From Bythopirellula sp. (GTDB taxonomy: Bacteria > Planctomycetota > Planctomycetia > Pirellulales > Lacipirellulaceae), in the NCBI GenBank assembly GCA_965216565.1, contig OZ244170.1, forward strand, positions 32,001-96,000: DNA of 64,000 nt, in the 5' to 3' direction. Under the pieces are notes generated by a model. The model saw only the letters and a list, made by a program, of their open reading frames with translations, searched no databases and was not told the DNA's origin. This document shows positions 58,234-64,000 of the stretch, piece by piece. How positions within the stretch are numbered: position 1 is the first letter of the stretch; every line of letters starts with the position of its first letter. The translations under genes were made by a program, and so were the position numbers.

Positions 58234-58386
58234 TTACGTGAAGTAAACGGCATAGATGTCCGCCACGGCTGGGGCCATCGATAGGCCGAGAATAATGCTA
58301 ACGGCCCAAAGCACGTCTCGTTTCTGTAGTGGTCGGAGGTCTTCATTCAGTTCAGCAAGAAGTTCCGGGCTGATTGTGTCAGTCAT
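58234..58386 (-). CDS. 50-aa putative small membrane protein not in the ORF track
   Basis: MTDTISPELLAELNEDLRPLQKRDVLWAVSIILGLSMAPAVADIYAVYFT*; GGAG RBS ~9 nt upstream. Confidence 0.5.
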   Translation of the reverse strand: MTDTISPELLAELNEDLRPLQKRDVLWAVSIILGLSMAPAVADIYAVYFT

Positions 58387-58531
58387 CTTGATGGCTCCGA
58401 AGGGCTGAAAAGCGGAGATGAGTCGAGGGTGTCTAGGAACACGCCTATCTAAAATCTAGCTCACGAATTTGAGTTGTGCTGGAAGCGATCTGAATCTTCG
58501 GATTTTTCTATCGCCAGCGAATTTGAGGCTG

Positions 58532-58659
58532 TGGGAATCTGGCCCATTTTTCTGTTCGGGCTACTTGCAGAAGCGGGCTGATTCGTTAGAATGCTTACAC
58601 ACATGGGAAATAGGCCCATTTAGATAGAAAAATAGATAAATTAGTGGGTTAATAACCCA
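58532..58659. promoter_or_regulatory. mraZ promoter region with three TGGG-N7-CCCA inverted motifs
   Basis: Motifs at 58532-58546, 58604-58618 and 58645-58659 flank TTGCAG-16-TAGAAT (58565-58592). Confidence 0.6.
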
Positions 58660-58713
58660 ATAGTGCCACGGAGGGGTTGTTGCACAGTTCGGCCTACAGG
58701 CCCAAAGAAATAC

Positions 58714-59214
58714 ATGACCAATGATGCCACGCTAGTGGGCGAAGGGCTGTTCCTGGGGGAATGGGCTCGTTCGCTCGATGATCGGTTTCGCCTATCTCTT
58801 CCGCCCGAGTGGTCGGAAGGCTTGGCAGGTGAATCGGCAACTTGCGTTTTGGCGAAGGAGCGTCCCGGTTGCGTCAGCGTCTGGAACGCTCAGAGTTGGG
58901 ACGAATCCATGGCCGACGGAGTGTCGTTAGTAGCTGGCAAGATTCGCAGCGGTCGACTCACCAATCGGATCGATCAAGTTCAGAAGTTGGGTCGCTTATT
59001 GTCAACTCGACATCGCACCGTGCCGATTGCTGGACGAGGCCGCTTGGTTGTACCAGACAGTTTTCGCGACTTCTTAGAGGTCGAAGCAGGAGGGGAATTG
59101 TTGGTTGTAGGAGCTGCGATTTGTGTCGAGCTTTGGCATCCACGCCGCTGGAGCGAGCATATTGGTGATCAGATGCCCCAATTCAGAGAGTTATTCGATC
59201 AGTTAGCCGATTGA
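58714..59214 (+). CDS. mraZ: MraZ-family transcriptional regulator
   Basis: FLGEWARSLDDRFRLSLP and GRGRLVVPDSFR..VVGAAICVELW, i.e. two SpoVT/AbrB-like repeats. Confidence 0.82.
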   Translation: MTNDATLVGEGLFLGEWARSLDDRFRLSLPPEWSEGLAGESATCVLAKERPGCVSVWNAQSWDESMADGVSLVAGKIRSGRLTNRIDQVQKLGRLLSTRHRTVPIAGRGRLVVPDSFRDFLEVEAGGELLVVGAAICVELWHPRRWSEHIGDQMPQFRELFDQLAD

Positions 59215-59277
59215 TAAGTCCCCACCTACCAATAGGTCACCCTACGCAGGAAGCACAGATTAGTACGGAAACAAGAC

Positions 59278-59414
59278 ACGTCATGCCCGGTTGGCATTAA
59301 TAGTCCACTACCCCGTCCGTTTGTCACCCGGTGCGGGATGCAAGTCATATTTTGGATGGACTGTTGATCCATGCAGGCCAAGTCAGGACCTGCCGGGCAT
59401 GGCGTTGTTTTTTT
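59278..59414 (+). ncRNA. Candidate structured RNA or 3' element downstream of mraZ
   Basis: 14-bp outer stem 59278-59291/59392-59405 and 12-bp inner stem 59296-59307/59357-59368, with G-U pairs on the + strand, then a T tract. Confidence 0.4.
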
Positions 59415-59464
59415 ATAGGTTAAGATTTGAGGGAGCAGGGTGAGTAAAGATTGAAAGCCGTAAG

Positions 59465-59860
59465 TCAGCTCTGCGGTGGGGCGGCAGCCTGGGCTTGGAC
59501 AAATGCCATGCGAAGCTGGTGAAGCAAGTTGGTGAGGCCAGTATCTTCGTCAGACGAGAGATTGCCCTTAGTCTTTTCCTGTAGAACTTCAATCATATCG
59601 ATCGCATAGCGGGCCTGTGCGATATTGATTTCTAGTTTCTCGGTGCCGTATTGGGGTATTTGTCCCATCGACATCATTGCTTCGGTGGCCAGTGACGTGA
59701 GCAGCATCTCCAGAGACGCTGGGGGCATTTGGGGCTGAGCTCCGCCCGCTGCCGACTCTTCGACAGGCTCCGACTTGCCTTCTTCTGCTAGAGCCTCTTT
59801 TTCTGCCTGAACACTGGTCTTCCAGTCTTCGTCGATGATGATCTTCTTCTCTTCGCTCAT
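59465..59860 (-). CDS. DUF1844 family protein
   Basis: IIIDEDWK, ARYAIDMIEVLQEKTKGNLS, LHQLRMAFV. Confidence 0.85.
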   Translation of the reverse strand: MSEEKKIIIDEDWKTSVQAEKEALAEEGKSEPVEESAAGGAQPQMPPASLEMLLTSLATEAMMSMGQIPQYGTEKLEINIAQARYAIDMIEVLQEKTKGNLSSDEDTGLTNLLHQLRMAFVQAQAAAPPQS

Positions 59861-59893
59861 GGTTTTACCCTATCAATGTCAATTGTTATTAAC

Positions 59894-61576
59894 TTAGGCC
59901 GATTCTTCGGCCGCCTGTTGCGAAGTCTGTTCCAGAGAGGCATCTGCCGACTTCCCGGAGGTACGCTCATTGCGCTCCGCTCGGTGTTTGACAGTGGCCT
60001 CGACAAAACCTGTGAATAATGGATGCGAAGCAGTTGGCTTCGACTTAAATTCTGGGTGATACTGCACAGCAACAAACCAAGGTTGCTCTGGGATTTCGAC
60101 GATTTCCACCAAGGCATCGTCAGGGCTGGTGCCAGCAATTAATAGGCCATTAGCTTCGAACTGTTGCCGATAGCGATTGTTGAATTCGTAGCGATGACGA
60201 TGGCGTTCTTCGATTTCCTCCGTGCCATAGCACTCTGCTGAGTGGCTCCCCGGAGTCAACTTGGCAGGCTGCGCACCCAATCGCATAGTGCCGCCTTTGT
60301 CTGTAATCGCTCGCTGATCATCCAGCAGACAAATCACCGGGTGTTGCGAGTCCTTGTCAAATTCGGTTGAATGAGCATCTTCGAGACCACAGACATTGCG
60401 TGCAAATTCTACTACTGCGCACTGCAATCCTAGGCAAATGCCAAAGAATGGAATCTTCTTTTCGCGGGCGTAGCGGATCGCGGCTACCTTGCCTTCGATA
60501 CCCCGTTCACCAAACCCACCTGGCACAAGAATGCCGTCGTAGCCGGATAGTAAACGCTCGGGACCCTCGGCCTCGACGTCTTCACTGCGAATCCGGCCGA
60601 TGCGAATCTGAGCAGCGTTTGCCATACCTGCATGGTCGAGTGACTCGTAGATTGATTTGTAGGCATCTCTGTGGTCGGCATACTTTCCCACGACTGCTAT
60701 GCTCACTTCGTGTTCGGGATTGCGGAGCCGCTGCAGTAGATCACGCCAATCGTTGATGTCTGGCTCGGGCGTAGATACCCCAAGTTTGCGACAAATGAGA
60801 GAGTCCAGTTTATTATCAACCAGACTCAATGGTACCTCGTAAATCGAAAAGTCCTTGTCACGTTCTTCTATGACGGCCTCTTCAGAGATGTTGCAGAACA
60901 AGGCAATCTTCTCGCACTCTTCCCGGCTAATCGGTTGTTCAGTTCGACAAATCAAGATGTCGGGTTGGATACCGATCTCGCGGAGCTGACCCACGGAGTG
61001 TTGGGTTGGTTTGGTCTTCAGCTCGCGTGCCGCCTTCAAGTAGGGCACCAGTGTGAGATGAATATACAGGCAGTTTTCTTTGCCTACGTCGAGAGCGAAC
61101 TGCCGAATGGCTTCTAGGTAGGGCAAGCTCTCGATGTCACCGACCGTACCCCCTATTTCGGTGATAACGACATCAACGTCGTTTTCGCCAACTTTCTTGA
61201 TTACTGATTTGATTTCATTAGTGACATGAGGAATGACCTGCACGGTCTTGCCCAGAAATTCGCCTCGGCGTTCTTTGTTGATCACCGACTGATAGATTTG
61301 GCCAGTTGTGTAGTTTGAATCGCGTGTCAGTTCGGAATTGGTAAAGCGTTCGTAATGGCCCAGATCGAGATCGGTCTCGCTGCCGTCGTCCAGCACGTAA
61401 ACTTCGCCGTGCTGATAAGGACTCATTGTGCCGGGATCGACATTGATATAAGGATCAAGTTTTTGCATCCGCACGGTTAGACCGCGTCGCTCGAGCAGCA
61501 TGCCAATCGAGGCACTGGTGAGACCCTTGCCGAGAGAGCTGACAACGCCACCGGTAACGAATATATGCTTGGCCAT
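59894..61576 (-). CDS. pyrG: CTP synthase
   Basis: [49 protein letters not shown]. Confidence 0.98.
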   Translation of the reverse strand: MAKHIFVTGGVVSSLGKGLTSASIGMLLERRGLTVRMQKLDPYINVDPGTMSPYQHGEVYVLDDGSETDLDLGHYERFTNSELTRDSNYTTGQIYQSVINKERRGEFLGKTVQVIPHVTNEIKSVIKKVGENDVDVVITEIGGTVGDIESLPYLEAIRQFALDVGKENCLYIHLTLVPYLKAARELKTKPTQHSVGQLREIGIQPDILICRTEQPISREECEKIALFCNISEEAVIEERDKDFSIYEVPLSLVDNKLDSLICRKLGVSTPEPDINDWRDLLQRLRNPEHEVSIAVVGKYADHRDAYKSIYESLDHAGMANAAQIRIGRIRSEDVEAEGPERLLSGYDGILVPGGFGERGIEGKVAAIRYAREKKIPFFGICLGLQCAVVEFARNVCGLEDAHSTEFDKDSQHPVICLLDDQRAITDKGGTMRLGAQPAKLTPGSHSAECYGTEEIEERHRHRYEFNNRYRQQFEANGLLIAGTSPDDALVEIVEIPEQPWFVAVQYHPEFKSKPTASHPLFTGFVEATVKHRAERNERTSGKSADASLEQTSQQAAEESA

Positions 61577-61741
61577 AATGCAAAATACCTTCCTGGCTGC
61601 TCCGCGACCGAACTTGCCGCGGTCCGCTTACGGTGAAGCGAGTAAATCCCTGATGCCTGTCACCTACGAGTAGCAACCGCTTGCTACCCAACCCATCCAT
61701 TCTACCGCAGTTTGACGACTGCGCGGAGGGCCGGCATTTGG

Positions 61742-62158
61742 TTAGTTGTACATCTGGCCGCGGCCAGCGGCGGGGAAGGCGTTTTGGAGGTGCCGCAATT
61801 CTGGGTGCTTGGAATTTGTAGGCCAGAGCACCTCGACAACGTCGAAACGGCTGGAATATTCCAGCAGGCCGTGAGATTTGAGGAATGCCAAAGCCGCACG
61901 CGTCATCCGGTTTTGTCGGGCCGTGTCGACTGCCGCGGCCCCTTCCCCTACCCGTTCCGTACGCCGAGTTTTTACTTCGACGAAGACTACCGTAGTTCCA
62001 TCGATGGCGATGATGTCAATCTCGCCATAGCGCAGGCGATGACGAGTGGTGACGATCTTATATCCTAATCGCCGTAGCATTTTGGCTGCAGCTTGTTCGC
62101 CCTGCTCGCCAAGCGTCGACGGAGAGAATCGCGTTGCGAGCCACGTGCGAATAGACAT
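61742..62158 (-). CDS. yraN: YraN family (UPF0102) nuclease-like protein
   Basis: GEQGEQAA, GEIDIIA, VFVEVKTR, RFDVV. Confidence 0.9.
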   Translation of the reverse strand: MSIRTWLATRFSPSTLGEQGEQAAAKMLRRLGYKIVTTRHRLRYGEIDIIAIDGTTVVFVEVKTRRTERVGEGAAAVDTARQNRMTRAALAFLKSHGLLEYSSRFDVVEVLWPTNSKHPELRHLQNAFPAAGRGQMYN

Positions 62159-62201
62159 TGGATCCCCTGCGTAGAGTGAATCCTTCACTTCGCAATGAGT
62201 C

Positions 62202-62570
62202 TTAGGCGTTGGCTTTGACGTCGCGGCGTCGTTCCTTGAGCCGCACGGCTTTGCCACTACGCTCGCGGAGGTAGTACAGCTTAGCTCGACGCACATCGGC
62301 GCTGCGTTTGACCTCGATCTTGGCGACACGTGGCGAATTGACGGGGAACTTCCGCTCAACACCCTGCCCTGCCACGATGCGACGAACTGTGAACATTTCG
62401 CGAGTGCCTGAGCCATTGCGGGCGATAATTACGCCGGAGAAGACCTGAATTCTCTCTTTGTCGCCTTCCAAGATCTTAGTGTGTACGTCGACTGAGTCAC
62501 CGATATCGAAATCCAACGGCTTTTCTTTCATCGAAGCTTGTTCAACTTTTTTCAGGATCTCTTGGCTCAT
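62202..62570 (-). CDS. rplS: 50S ribosomal protein L19
   Basis: [35 protein letters not shown]. Confidence 0.97.
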   Translation of the reverse strand: MSQEILKKVEQASMKEKPLDFDIGDSVDVHTKILEGDKERIQVFSGVIIARNGSGTREMFTVRRIVAGQGVERKFPVNSPRVAKIEVKRSADVRRAKLYYLRERSGKAVRLKERRRDVKANA

Positions 62571-62607
62571 GGCTATTTCCTTGTTTGCACAATACTCTGC
62601 GTATCGA

Positions 62608-63297
62608 TTATTCCTCGGGCAACAAATCGGCCCGCCGTTGTTTGGTTCGTTCCAGGCTGTTCGTATCCCGCCACTTGGCAACCGCCTGGTGGTCGCCGCT
62701 CATCAATACTTCTGGAACTTCGTGGCCCCGATACTCTCTTGGTCGAGTGTACTGGGCATGCTCCAGCAACCGATTGCCGGTGGAAAACGAATCGAGCCGG
62801 TTGCTCTGCTCGTCTCCCAGCACACCAGGCACTAGCCGAATTACGGCGTCGATCGTGACCATGGCGGCAACTTCGCCTCCGTTGAGCACAAAGTCTCCAA
62901 CGGAGATCTCTTCCGGTTGGAGAATATCGCTCACCCGCTGGTCGAATCCCTCGTAGCGTCCGCAGAGCAAAAGCAGGCGGGAATGCTTGGCGAGTTCTTC
63001 GACTAATGGTTGAGTTAACTTCTTTCCTTGAGGCGACAGCAGGACAACGCGTCCCGGTTTGTCGGCCTGTGGTTGTATGGCTTCAACTGCTTCAACAACC
63101 GGTTCCGGCTTAATGACCATTCCCGGCCCGCCGCCGAAAGGGCGATCGTCGACACATTTGTGTTTGTCGCGACTATAGTCGCGAATATTGTGTAAGTGGA
63201 TGTCTACCAGCGATCGCTCGATGGCAAGATTCAGCAGGCTTTGGGTCATGTACCCAGAGAAGATCTCTGGAAACAGGGTCAGGACGTCGAATCGCAT
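62608..63297 (-). CDS. trmD: tRNA (guanine37-N1)-methyltransferase
   Basis: [42 protein letters not shown]. Confidence 0.97.
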   Translation of the reverse strand: MRFDVLTLFPEIFSGYMTQSLLNLAIERSLVDIHLHNIRDYSRDKHKCVDDRPFGGGPGMVIKPEPVVEAVEAIQPQADKPGRVVLLSPQGKKLTQPLVEELAKHSRLLLLCGRYEGFDQRVSDILQPEEISVGDFVLNGGEVAAMVTIDAVIRLVPGVLGDEQSNRLDSFSTGNRLLEHAQYTRPREYRGHEVPEVLMSGDHQAVAKWRDTNSLERTKQRRADLLPEE

Positions 63298-63317
63298 GTT
63301 TCTTAGAACAGACCCTC

Positions 63318-63923
63318 CTAGCCGGCGGCATCCTCCTTAGGTGTTTCGTCTCCAGCGGATTCGACTACCTCTGAAACTTCCGTCGTCTCAGATGGGGCAA
63401 CTTCAGTCTTAGCATCGTCAGAGACCGTTTCTTCTTTGTACAAAGTTTCTTCGACGGTTTCCTCAGATTTGGGCTCCTCGGATTTGGGCTCTTCAGTCTT
63501 TGCTCCATCCGCCGGAGCAGATTCAGTTGCCGAAGCATCTGCTTCCGCCGCCTTGGCTTCTTCCGGCTTCGACTCTTCTTCTTTCTTCGGCAGCGAAGCG
63601 GGAGCCCCCGGATCGGGCACGACTCTCGGTTGGGCTAGCTTTTCTAGTGCTGCTTCTTGCTGAGATTTGTGGGTGCCTCCGGTGCCATATTTCTTAATCA
63701 ACACAGCACACTTGTCGCTCGGTTGGGCACCAACGCCTAACCAGTAATCAATGCGATCAGTTTTGAGAACAGCACGAGCGTCGGTGTCGGCAACGCTCGT
63801 GTCATACGTGCCAAGTTCTTCTAGCACACGGCCGTCACGGGGTGCACGCTTGTCGACGGCACAAATGCGGTAATAGGGACGATGGGTTCGGCCCATTCGT
63901 TTCATGCGAATTCTGACTGACAC
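63318..63923 (-). CDS. rpsP: 30S ribosomal protein S16 with a long acidic C-terminal extension
   Basis: VRIRMKRMGRTHRPYYRI, PRDGRVLEELGTY, WLGVGAQPS. Confidence 0.95.
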   Translation of the reverse strand: MSVRIRMKRMGRTHRPYYRICAVDKRAPRDGRVLEELGTYDTSVADTDARAVLKTDRIDYWLGVGAQPSDKCAVLIKKYGTGGTHKSQQEAALEKLAQPRVVPDPGAPASLPKKEEESKPEEAKAAEADASATESAPADGAKTEEPKSEEPKSEETVEETLYKEETVSDDAKTEVAPSETTEVSEVVESAGDETPKEDAAG

Positions 63924-64000
63924 GTATTTGACTCCTAGAACTATCTGGCTTCAAGCTATCTAGCCGTCCGCCTATTGGGCGCACAAGCCTGTAATGCAAA

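Noticed and set aside
58604..58660. AT-rich stretch as a replication unwinding element
   Set aside because: Short and better explained as the mraZ promoter/operator region

Overview
Core-chromosome window of a planctomycete, most likely Pirellulales/Lacipirellulaceae. The taxon is inferred from PEP-CTERM proteins with a GDFDxDGDVDGxDFLxWQ motif, DUF1207, acidic ribosomal-protein tails and a PilM-to-secretin cluster. Most genes are housekeeping: rpsA, a sigma70 factor, bamA, rplY-pth-rpsF-ssb-rplI-dnaB, trpF, ahcY, parA-parB with three parS sites, tsaD, cmk/plsC, uvrC, mraZ, pyrG and rpsP-trmD-rplS-yraN. There is also a TetR-controlled hydrolase/oxidoreductase cluster and a type IV pilus/T2SS-like locus. 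The most unusual items are non-coding. (1) A tRNA-Pro(TGG) plus a small GIY-YIG nuclease pseudogene are bracketed by two tRNA-Pro-derived copies in which the anticodon arm is exactly replaced by the 14-bp palindrome GTCGCCGCGGCGAC, forming a 32-bp direct repeat. (2) An orphan mraZ has three TGGG-N7-CCCA motifs around its promoter and a ~135-nt structured RNA candidate downstream. (3) Two REP/REPIN families occur, one truncating the other. (4) An NrdR-box-like site has no nrd gene nearby. (5) A G4/i-motif tract overlaps the rpsA promoter. No CRISPR array, rRNA, transposase or integrase was seen. All calls come from reading the sequence; no database searches were run.
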